A DNA stretch of 64,000 nucleotides from assembly GCA_030390025.1 (NCBI GenBank), contig CM059425.1:165790001-165854000 (forward strand), read 5' to 3'. The translations under genes and the position numbers were made by a program. Below the pieces are notes generated by a model. It searched no databases. It saw only the letters and a program-made list of their open reading frames with translations, and was not told the DNA's origin. This document shows positions 1 to 10,689 of the stretch, in pieces. Within the stretch, counting starts at the first letter, position 1. Every line of letters starts with the position of its first letter. This stretch comes from Squalus acanthias (lineage: Eukaryota).

Positions 1-566
1 GTGAAGGAGTAGGTTGACAATGCAGAGTGCTTCTGATGAGAAGAGATGGGAAGCAGATTGAAGGTAAGTGTGATATTATACTCACTTTTGCTGAGCGTAC
101 CAGGTCATTGAACCTTTTCCTGCACTGAACCCAGGTGCGTGAACACAGACCTGGAGCTAACCTCCTGAGCAATTTGCAGCCAGGCTGCCTTGGTTTGCTG
201 AGGAGGCTTCCTCTGTCCATTGGAGGGGAACAGAACCTCCTTGCGCCCTCTCACTCCCTCCACAAGAGCATGGAGGGAGTCATCAAAGCGGGGAGAAGCC
301 TTGGTTCTTGCAGCAGTCATCTCACAAACAATACCACAAAACACAAAGGCTGCATGAGCCCCTTAAAAGCAGCTGAATCGAGGACGGCAGCAGAGGTGAG
401 CAGCAGACCCGAACCCACTGATTGGGCCGAGTAACACGCACGGCGGACTTAATAAGCCCAGTTAACTCAAAATCGTTATTGCAGTGCGGTGAAACCGACA
501 GCGGGACCGGAGCCCGCCAAGCAGCGAACCCGACGCAAACCCGCCTCCGCTGGCAAAATCCAGCCC
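1..566 (-). mobile_element. PIF/Harbinger DNA transposon fragment (Myb/SANT-gene end; continues left of the window)
   Basis: Ends in AAAATCCAGCCC (555-566), the same TIR as the TAA-flanked MITE at 37100-37728. Carries a Myb/SANT-like remnant on the minus strand. Confidence 0.8.
86..320 (-). pseudogene. Harbinger Myb/SANT-like DNA-binding protein exon, frameshifted
   Basis: Reads ASPRFDDSLHALVEGVRGRKEVLFPSNGQRKPPQQTKAAWLQIAQEVSSRS, then after a frameshift WVQCRKRFNDLVRSAK followed by a GTGAGT donor. Matches the Myb/SANT-like (MSANTD) pattern and the copy at 59780-60009. Confidence 0.75.
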
Positions 567-1089
567 TGTGTGACACACAATAGCCGCTATTTTATAGTAA
601 AAGTATATCACCCAGTGATTGTACAATCTGGCCACAGGGTTCCCACAAATTACTCAAAACACTTTCTGAATTTTATTTTCATCTCCCATTTTTTATGTCT
701 ATAAGAAAGATTTAAATAAATTCAAAATTTTTCACAAAGACATGATTGAATCGATCAATTGAGTTGTCTTTTGTGTCTTTTAATGCTTTCATTAAAGTTT
801 TTACTTGAAGACATCAACTTCGCCCAAAAGCCTGGGTAAGAATTGATTGTGTGGATTTTAACTCCCGGGAAGAAAGCTCGGGGAGCCTCTGAACTTCCAG
901 CCTGGGTGTCTTCATGGGAAACCTGGCCGATTTTAACAGAGGCTGCCCACTGACACTCAAGTAAGTCCTGGAGTGGGGGGGCTGTTAGCAAGCTTCCCTG
1001 GATGGGAATGAGGGGTCAGCGCGTTGTGGCAAAGGCCAGACTTTCCTTGTGAAGACCGGAGGAGCACTCTTGCTCATACCAGCCAGTAA

Positions 1090-1560
1090 CAAGTGTATCT
1101 GCACTGCACACTCTATCGTCCCAACATCCTTCCTATAGTGGGGAGCCCAAAACTGCACATAGTACTCCAACTGTGGTCTTACTAAGGTTTTATATAGATG
1201 CACCAATACATCTTAACTTTAATATTATATCATTCTTGCCATAAAACCCAATATTTCATTAGTTTTTTTAATGGCTTTATTCGCTTGCGGTGCTGCTTTT
1301 AATGTCTTGTAAACCTGAATCCTCAAATCTCTCTGCTCTTCCACATTTCCTCATTCAAATTATTACTTTTATTATTTTTACCAAAATATACCACCTCACA
1401 TTTACTAACGTTAAATTGCATCTTCCACTTTTTTGCCCATTCCACCATCTTATCAATATCTCCTTGCAACGTCCTTCGAATTATGTACACTGCCTCCTAT
1501 TTTAGAATCATCTTCAAAGTTGGACACCACTCCATCTGGCCCTATATCCAAATAATTTCA
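1090..1560 (-). mobile_element. Old CR1 LINE fragment (ORF2 C-terminal part)
   Basis: ORF 985..1206 contains LYKTLVRPQLEYYVQFWAPHYRKD, a CR1 ORF2 motif; degenerate continuation to about 1560. Confidence 0.8.
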
Positions 1561-4129
1561 TCAAAATGTTTCCCCTCTTTTTTGGAATGGCTCTCCTATA
1601 TACCTCTTTATTGACATTCCAGTTTGTATCCTTACCATTTTAAAACTCCATGCCAAGTAGCAAAATGTCAGCCAATATTTACCAGCTCAAGCAGGAAGAG
1701 GGCAGTTCAGGTAGGGAAACTAGCTGCTGCAACACATGCAGGTGAGAGGGAGCGTGGCTGATCTGGGGAAAAAGCAGAGATAAGGACACAGACCAAATGG
1801 TCTTGTCACTGGTGAATGTGAATGCATCGTACCGGCATATCTGGGAATAGCTGCAATGCGCATGATGAGAAAGAAACTAAGAGTAGGGAGTTGAGGTGGC
1901 AGGGAGCAGGGTGGGGCCTGGGGATGAGAAGGCCAGGTGAGAGACTGGGAGGACTGGAAGACATGAGTCTGAGACTAGGAATGGATATTTGGAGTCGATG
2001 CTGGAAGCAGAGTTCTGGTGGTTAGCAGAAGAGTACTTCTTTAAGAATTGGCCTGTTTTTAACCAATACAGTTGAGTGAACTAAGATCTTGTTATGGTAT
2101 TGTTGACACCTGTGAAAATCAGCATCATAACTGGAGTAATTAACTGCCCTATTCTATTCTCAGAAATTGTTCTTTCCAGATTCCTGTAAGAAAGAACAAA
2201 CTTGAAAAGAGAAAAATGCATTGCCCATGTTGCAATTTGTAGGTTAATTACTTTACAAAGTTGTATTATTGCTCTGATGTCCTAGAGCTTTGACCATATC
2301 ATTGCAAAGCAGCTATAATTACCTTCAGTGTGAAATTTTGAGCAGAATTAAAAACTTGCATTTATATAGCGTCTTTTGTAATCAGGCATCTGGACTACTT
2401 TTTAGTGTTTATATATTTTTTTATTTGATGGCTTGTTCTGTTTAAATTTAGTGGAACTGGAGGCTTGGAAAGGACTGTTTTTAGCTCTGTTACCTGATTG
2501 GGAGATTAAAAATTATCAGAATACCCAAATCTGTTAGTATCAGCAACTTGAGTCAGATGAAACCTGGATTTGAGGGCCGGATGTCAAGGATTCGGGATGA
2601 CATGTGGCCCCAGGACCCACCCCTGGAATACTAGAGGTAATTAAAAAAAATTCATGCTCTTAGCGTGGAGCTTTCCTGGCTGGGAACGTATATTGGGAAT
2701 TTGGGCACATGTTCCCACAAATTTCCATAAATGTTAACACAGATTTGTAATATTATCCCTGCTGTTTCTTGGCGTAACCATATACCATAATATTATCTTT
2801 ATTGTGGAGACATAAATTATATTATTAAACTAGTGGACAGTAGTAACGTCTTCAGGTGCCATATGCTCAGGCTCGTTCTTGTTACACTAAGCTTTTTACA
2901 CGATTAAGCATATGCTGCCATGGATTCCTCAGGGTTAAGGAATGTGGCTTTGAACCTGATGGAGAATTAGTGAATTGTTTTCCTTCTTGTGCTCTTGGCA
3001 GAAGGTACGCATTTCCAGTTGATTTATGTAGCGTATGGTGGGGAAGGGGCAAGATGACAATTCGTACTCCTCTTTCCCACATTGTATGAATACCAAGTCA
3101 CATATAAAAGGCCAAAACTTTGCATGTGCCAAAGATGTGTGATTCTTCATCTACATCCAGAAATGAAACTCGACAGAGGTGGTTATATTGCACCGTTGGA
3201 ACCTGAGCACCTTCAGAAATAGCCAAACGTATTTGCTCCCAGAAATCAGAAAAAATGAATTTGGTTTAGTTTTCAGTTTTCTGGGAATTTGAGTGGAGGA
3301 AAAGTGAAAGCCAGTGGGTTTCTAGGCTTCTGAATCTTGGATCCAAGAGTGCATCAAGCAATAGCACAATGATGTACATGACATTAGCATGCTGTTGCAT
3401 GATGCTTACTGTGATGATATGTGCATGTACCATTAAATACGCAGATATTTTAGCAGACCAGTAAAATTCACCATGTGATTTATTTTTTGCATTTCCTCAA
3501 AGGTTTGTAACTTCAGTAAAAAGACTTGCACTTGTGTAGTGCTTTCTCACCTTTCTCATGTATTTTTTTGTGGGGATGGGGAGGCTTAACGGCATCTGTT
3601 TGGGTTCAAAGTGATTCCAAGATGACACATCTGGTAATGGAAGTTCAGAACTAAGTCCACCCTCTGTGGCAGACTCGGTAATCTGAAAGCTAAATCACAA
3701 TAATTCAGGGCACTGTTGATGATTGATGAGCCAAACTAATGGAACCTAAAGGGATAGCCTTGTCATTGAGGGCTGTGATATTCCCACTTGGCTCCCAATA
3801 ACCTTGCAAACCAGTGCCTCAATGGGTAGTGTGGTCCTAGCTGACCAAGCAGCGATGAGCTTACCAGTACATTGTACTGGTTAGCTGTGTGGTTTCAACT
3901 AGTTAAATTCCAGTAAAAACCTCTGCACACACTGGAGCCACTAAATATTGGCTCTGACAGCCTGACCCAAATTTTTTGGGTAAGTGGGGTGTCTTCTAGG
4001 GAGAGAGTGTGCACTCTGTATTGGGCAAACAGAAAATCTGCTGTTGTAGATTTCTCAGGAGATTGGTTCATATACTTCTAAACATGACTTCCACATCCCT
4101 CTGATACCGACTGACCCAAAAGAAAAACA

Positions 4130-4912
4130 TTTCTCAGCAATGTCTCAAAACGTTTCACATACTTTGAATTGTTTTGAAGTGCAATCATCATTGTTATATA
4201 GGCAAATGTGGTAATATTTGCTCACTGCAAGTTCCCACAAATAGCAATGAAATGCATGACAGTGTTGGCGAGGGAGAAATTTTGGCCACGAGAACTACGC
4301 TTTGAATAGTGCGGTGGGAACTTTAGTGTAGACTTGAACCACTGGAATAGACAGATATAATAGACACCTCCAAAAAAAAACTCTGAGCATCGCAATGGAA
4401 TGTCAGCCTAGATTTTTGTGTAAGCCGTGGCTCAGTGGGTAGCACTCTCTCCTCCTGAGTCAGAAGATTGTAGGACCAAGTCCCACTCCAGAGACTAGGC
4501 TGACAGTCCAGTGCAGTACTGAGGGAGCGCTGCACTGTCAGAGATGCCGTCTTTTGGATGAGACTTTAAACCGAGGTCCCGCCTGCCCTGTCAGGTGGAC
4601 ATGAAAGATCCATGGCACTATTTCGAAGAAGAGTAGGGGAGTTATCCCCAGTGTCCTGGCCAATATTTAACCAACATCAAAAACAGATGATCTGTTTGTA
4701 GGACCTTGCTGTGCGCAAATTGGCTGCCGTGTTTCCTATGTTACAACAGTGCCTATATTTCAAGAGTACTTCATTGGCTGTAAAGCGATTTGGGACGACC
4801 TGAGTTCATGAAAGGCTCTATTTAAATGCAAGTCTTTCTATCTTTCAAGTTTTGGAATGGAGCTTGAACCCATAATCTTGGAGGTGGGAGTCCTACCAAC
4901 TAAACTAAGCCA
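4130..4912 (-). mobile_element. Old DeuSINE/SacSINE1-like SINE, split by a younger copy of the same family
   Basis: 4130-4420 and 4846-4912 are reverse-complement matches to the SINE at 4423-4845 (tail, gtcagcctagatttt, then the tRNA head gcttgaacccat...). Confidence 0.65.
4423..4845 (+). mobile_element. tRNA-derived DeuSINE (SacSINE1-like), full length
   Basis: A-box TGGCTCAGTGG and a B-box-like segment, Deu-domain-like core (ccgtcttttggatgagactttaaaccgagg...tcaggtggac...catggcactatttcgaagaagag), and L2-like tail (aaaggctctatttaaatgcaagtctttc). Confidence 0.85.
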
Positions 4913-5069
4913 TTTACCTACAGAGTAATGGTTACTTTAAAAAAAGGTTATTAATTGTGTAAATGGAGTTAGAGACATTTCAGCATGAAAAATGCTAAAG
5001 AAGTATAAATATTATCATTTATGTCCTCTTCTCTGTGGTCATTGGTTCTAGTTGTTCAGGCATACAGAT

Positions 5070-5370
5070 GAGAAAGGTCTCGGGTTTGATCCTCAGTTAA
5101 TACTAAATTAGCTGATTTCAGCTGGTGTGGTGTTACAGTTGGCCTCAGTGTCTCTGGCTTTGGAAGAAGGAACATTTGTTAATGCTCCTAGTTCTGATAA
5201 CTGTCTGGTGACCACTGTTAGAACTATATGTGTGTGGACATTGGGTGAAGATGGGATTGGACTTCTGTGATGTCCCCCAAGGTCAAATTGTCTGCTAACA
5301 CTCGTGTCTAGGCTCACTTGGGTGAGATACAAATTTGTGATACCCATGGAACCGTACCCCAATGAAGAGT
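5070..5370 (+). mobile_element. Ancient tRNA-type SINE remnant (family not named)
   Basis: B-box-like GGGTTTGATCC followed by ttagctgat.tcag and ...ctgtgatg..; similar to 40075-40262. Confidence 0.5.
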
Positions 5371-5604
5371 CACGTGGTGGAGGGGATCAGAGAAAATTCA
5401 CGGGGAAACAAAGTTCCCCTTGCCCCAGACATTGGTATGTTTCACATTGTAAAGCAGTATTGTGGAAATATATTTGACAAAAGCTAGACTCAGTTAGTGG
5501 CTTTATAAAGTTGTAAACCTACAATAAACAGGAGGCAGGGAAGGAGAGAGCACTCAATTTACAGTACAGCACTTGATGATCCATCATACATTATTTTGAT
5601 CTGA

Positions 5605-5651
5605 AAAACTAATTCAGTGTGGCCCAAATGAAATGGTCCTGCCTATGGCTG
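5605..5651 (+). repeat. 47-bp direct repeat, copy 1 (copy 2 at 6425-6471)
   Basis: aaaactaattcagtgtggcccaaatgaaatggtcctgcctatggctg versus aaaactaattcagagtggcccaaatgaaatggttctgcctatggctg; 2 mismatches. Confidence 0.9.
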
Positions 5652-6476
5652 TGTCGGTTTTTTGGTGTGTGTTTTAGAAACCTACTAATTCTACCTAATT
5701 TTTCTGTTTTTTTCAAGCTCGAGCTTCTACAAACTTGCTGCTCCTCACAGAAGTACCATTAAAGGTTTAGGTAAGAATTATGTAATTTCTGCCCCCCCCC
5801 TGATGAGGCTATTTACATAAATACAATAGTGTGTGAACAAAAGATCATTTTGATTAAGTTAAGTACATGCAGTGTTAAATTTATTGATAAACCTTTTATC
5901 AATATTGGATGTTTGCTTGTTCTAAATGGGGATATTAAGGCTAGACAGTTCAAGCTGAAGGCGAATACTATGGGCTGGGCACTTCAGTCGTTCTGCTATT
6001 CGGCACTATAGTACAGTTGAAGTCTATTTATCCATATTACATCACATTTTTAATGCAGGGAGTTGGGCTGTTAGGAGCTCTCCATTACTACCAACGCAAT
6101 GAAATAGATGACTGGCTGATACTTGATGTGTTACAGCTCTTTTTGCGGCTATCCTCAATTAGACTTGAATGTATTGTGCTCAGTCAATTGAAAATGCTGT
6201 TGTTAATGTCTTAATAGGAGCCATGCTTTTGGACTGGTTGAAAAATTTCTGACAAAGTGTGTGCATGAAACTTGGGCAATGAATTGTGAAATAACTCTCG
6301 CTCTACATATTCTAGAACACTTCTGGTTCCCATATTTGGATCTTTATAATATGTGTGTGTGTGTATATATATATATTTGTAAAAGATAAAGAATTTTGAT
6401 GTAAGATGATCAGCATTATATGAGAAAACTAATTCAGAGTGGCCCAAATGAAATGGTTCTGCCTATGGCTGCAAAA

Positions 6477-6742
6477 TCAATTAGGGAATTCAGAAGGAAC
6501 TTCTTTACCCAGAGAGTAGTAAGAATGTGGAACTCGCTACCACAGGGAGTGGTTGAGGCGAATAGTATAGATGCATTTAAGGGGAGGCTAGATAAGCATA
6601 TGAGGGAAAAGGGAATAGCGGGTTATGCTGATAAAGTTAGATGAGGAAAGACTGGAGGAGGCTCGAGTGGAGCATAAATGCTGGCATGGACTGGTTGGGC
6701 CGAATGGCCTGTTTCTGTGCTGTATATCCTACGTAATCCTAT
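6477..6742 (+). mobile_element. CR1 LINE 3' end
   Basis: RRNFFTQRVVRMWNSLP...FKGRLDKHM, then the 3' UTR hairpin ggccgaatggcc and tail. Confidence 0.9.
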
Positions 6743-7919
6743 ATAAAAAACCTGAGTAATCCTGTCAGGAGGGATTGTATCATGTTAGAAGAAAGTAAAA
6801 CTTCAAATCTTGTTCCTTGTTGACTCCGTGTAAACTGAAAGGAAAATTCAACAACTGAAACAGATATTTCTTGTTGATATATTCTATCAATAAGTTTATC
6901 AATTAGATTGGGGAAGTTATCGACAGGTGTTGAAAGTCCCTGATCTTGTCAAATTAAATTAGCAAATAAGCCACTTTCTGTATCATATAGAGTTATTCAT
7001 TTAAATTAGTTGATAAAATACAAAAACTGCTCAGCATTAAATTAATACTGAATACTTTCCATGAAATCTACATTGAATTGAAATGGTAATGTTATACAAA
7101 CAAACAGTTGATCTCAGATTTTGCTCTCAGTACTACTCAATTAGACTATTGCCTTGTAATTACTCTCAGGTATCCATTGTTCTGTATGAATTGATTTGAT
7201 TATTTATGTGTTACTATATTGAACCTTTCATGTGTTCTGCAGCTTTCAAAAAGGTCGATCTTCTGTCCTGAGATATATTTGCTGTTAATTTGCAATGTTC
7301 ACATTGGGTAAAATAGAATTAAAAGGAGCGTCTGAAAAATACTTTTTTTGTCATTGGCAGGGATTAAGGTGAGCTGGCACGGTCCAATCCTCTGACCTGT
7401 TCTTGTATGTTAATGCAGGTTCCCAGTAACCAGCAGCTGTGCACACCGTCCAGTGCAGAACAGGCCAGCAAGAGGAAAAGCTGCCACCTGGGAAAACTGG
7501 GGGGATCAACTGAGTGGGCTGGAACCAGCTGGTGCATGTGATGTTACAGCAAAGGCCGGGGGTTGGGGGGGGCGGGGGGAGGAGAGAAGACGATTGAAGG
7601 GGGTACATCAAGGGCTGAAAGGAAAACAGGAAAATGTAACAGAGTGCAGGAAACATGCTAATCTGAGTGTAGGAAAGTGGGAACCAGGAGAGAAGGTGAC
7701 ATAGTACGCAAAAGCACCCAAGTTTGACAGCCAGATTTTGGAACAGAAAAGTGCTTGTGGAGAGGCCTGGGTATGTGGAAAGTAGCGAAGCAGAGATCCC
7801 TTGTCAGAGAGCCTGAGTTCTGGGTGTGGTGGAAATGCAGAGAAGTCCAAACTTTGATAGGAGCTGCCCAGCAAAAGAATGCCTTGAATGCCTGGCAACA
7901 GAGAGAAAGTGAGACCTGC

Positions 7920-8228
7920 ATCTCCCAAACCCGTGACCTCTACCACCTAGAAGGATAAAGGCAGCAGACGTATGGGAACACCACAACCTCCAAGTTCTGC
8001 TCCAAGTCATACACCATCTGATGTGGAAATATATCGCCGATCCTTCATTGTCACTGGGTCAAAATCCTGGAACTCCCTACCTAACAGCAGTGTGGGAGTA
8101 CCTTCACCACACGGACTGCAGCGGTTTAAGAAGGTGGCTCACCACCAGCTTCTTGAGGGCAATTAGGAATGGGCAATAAATGCTGGCCTTGCCAGCGACG
8201 CCCACATCCTGCGAATGAATTAAAAAAA
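7920..8228 (+). mobile_element. 3' end of a CR1/L2-group LINE (family A)
   Basis: RRSFIVTGSKSWNSLPNS; 3' UTR gggcaattagg..atgggcaataaatgctggccttgccagcgacgcccacatcc and A tail; same family as 44082-44624. Confidence 0.85.
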
Positions 8229-8314
8229 GAGATGGAAGAAGCGAAACTGAAGAGCCCAGGTTGGAAAAGAATGTCGAAAACTGGAATTGGTTACATCATT
8301 GCACAGTACTCAAG

Positions 8315-9022
8315 ATGTGGGTATCGCTGGCAAGACCAGCATTTATTGCCCATCTCTAATTGTCCTTGAGAAGGTGGTGGTGAGCCACAGTCCGTGTGGT
8401 GAAGGTACTCCCACAGTGCTGTTAGGTAGGGAGTTCCAGGATTTTGACCCAGCGACGATGAAGGATCGGCGATATACTTCCAAGATGGTGTGTGACTTGG
8501 GGGGGAACTTGGAGGTGGTGGTGTTCCCATGCGCCTGCTGCCCTTGTCCTTCTAGGTTGAAGAGGTCGCGGGTTTGGGAGGTGCTGCTGAAGAAGCCTTG
8601 GCGAGTTGCTACAGTGCATCTTGTAGATGGTACACAATGCAGCCACGGTACGCCGGTGGTGGAGGGAGTGAAGGTATAAGGTGGTGGATGGGGTGCCAAT
8701 CAATTGGGCTGCTTATGGTGTCGAACTTCTTGAGTGTTATTGGAGCTGCACTCATCCAGGCAAGTGGAGAGTATTGCATCGCACTCCTTACTTGTGCCTT
8801 GTAGATGGTGGAAAGGCTTTGGGGAGTCAGGAGGTGAGACACTTGCCGCAGAATACCCAGCCTCTGACCTGCTCTTGTTGCCACAGTATTTATGTGGCTG
8901 GTCCAGTTAAGTTTTTGGTCAATGGTGACCCCCAGGATGTTGATGGTGGGGGATTTGGGGATGGTAATGCCATTGATTATCAAGGGGCGGTGGTTAGACT
9001 CTCACTTGTTGGAGATAGTCAT
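8315..9022 (-). mobile_element. CR1/L2-group LINE (family A), 5'-truncated
   Basis: ORF 8609..8983 ILGVTIDQKLNWTSHINTVATRAGQRLGIL...IYKAQVRS is an RT thumb/C-terminal region; family A 3' UTR. Confidence 0.9.
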
Positions 9023-9296
9023 GCTGGGCCATTTCAGAGGGCAGTTAATAGTCAACCACATTGCTGTGCCAGGTTTCCTTCCCTAAAGGACATTAGTGAA
9101 CCAGATGGGTTTTTACGACAATCCAATAGTTTCATGGTTACCATTACTGATACTAGCTTCTTATTCCAGATTTATTTAATGAACTGAAAATAAATTCCCC
9201 AGCTGCCGTGGTGGGATTTGAACTCACGTCTCCGGGTCATTAGTCCAGGCCTCTGGATTACTAGCCCAGTGACATTACCACTACGCTACCGTTCCC
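9021..9296 (-). mobile_element. tRNA-derived SINE head and body joined to LINE family A
   Basis: Minus strand starts GGGAACGGTAGCGTAGTGGTAATG (A box) and contains GAGTTCAAATCCC (B box); the body runs directly into the LINE at about 9021. Confidence 0.75.
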
Positions 9297-10689
9297 ATTG
9301 GATTATGTATGGTTGGGAGGAAATGAGTACATCTTAACAAATTCCTGGTTGCTAGTGAAACCTCCTTGTTTTTATTTTTACCTGCTCTCTAGACACCACC
9401 TGTGGGTGGCTAAGAGGACTGTCAGATGTCCTGCTCCTTGTCATTGTCAGTAGTGCTCTGAAACCAACTTCTGGGAGGTGGGAATTGTTCTCTCTTTGCC
9501 TTTCCCTCCCAGTGAGGAAGCGCAAGGCTTCTGCTCAGCAGCTTTCCGCAGTCCCATAGCTGAGGCTGCAAACTTGGTAGTTGGTGTGTCATAGGTATAA
9601 TCCCATGTCCCACCATTTTGACTGTGCTATCTTGTTCTTTGATCAAAAGTATTTTTATTCCTCCTGAGATACTGATATTTGTTTTAAATTGTATTTAAGA
9701 TCTTCAGGTGATTCAGTTGCTCATCTAGCTGTCACCACCTCACTGCACGCTATCTTAGCTGTAGTGACTGTGAAAGTGATCTTATCACAACTGTCACCTC
9801 AGGAAATGGGCCCAAGATAATGGTGGAAGGAATCGAGCAGCTGCAGTCTGCCCAGCGACCCACAATCTTAAGGGTAATCCTATGAGTTAGCTAGGTTGTT
9901 CCTCTATTTGAAATGAGATCTCTTTTAAAATATATATTTTATGTATGTATTTAATTATGACGATTTACTACTATAACTTCTTCCACTACGAATGGCAAAT
10001 TCAAGAATCAAACTTCTGTGGAAAAAAATGTGTGGTTCTCTTCAGGAATGTTTTCAAAACGCAGTTTTCATGTTATACGGCTGATTTTGCACAGGCAGCG
10101 GGTGTGGGTCAAAAGATTCAGGAGCTGACTTCGAGTGACTGATTTGTGGGATGTCAGATTTTCTGAAAGAGCAATTTGGGGTCAAAAAAGGAGACCAATC
10201 TGCTAGCAAGCACAGACTTCGTTTATGAATATTCAGACTCATTTCCTACAGTACAACACTGTGTTTTAATCTTGGGGCGAAGTTCTGCCCATGATACGAA
10301 CCTTGCCGATAAAAACTGGGCACACGGGACTTCTGGGAGCTGGTTTGCAGAAGGAAGCTTCTCCAAAGAAATTTTGTTTTACATTTTTATATACACTTTG
10401 CTGCATTTTCCTCCTTGTATTAGTTGGTTTTTGCTGGGTGGTCCTTCATTTTTATATTTTTGGCTTTGATGTTGCACCTTACAAATTAGAGATGAGGTTA
10501 GGTATTCCTTTTGGGGATTCTGGAAAAAATGGCATGCAATTTACTCCTGTTAATTGAAAATCTTTTTTTGCATGAAAGAAAATTGGAATTATCCTGTAAT
10601 TCAAATGAATTTATTTCAAATAAAGATGATTTGCCTTTAATTGAGATGATGAATAGTAGCTTGTGAGGGGCTAGCAAATGCCAGGCATT

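Noticed and set aside
4423..4500. tRNA-like sequence with A and B boxes
   Set aside because: It is a SINE head continuing into the Deu core and tail, not a tRNA gene; the same applies to 9200-9296.
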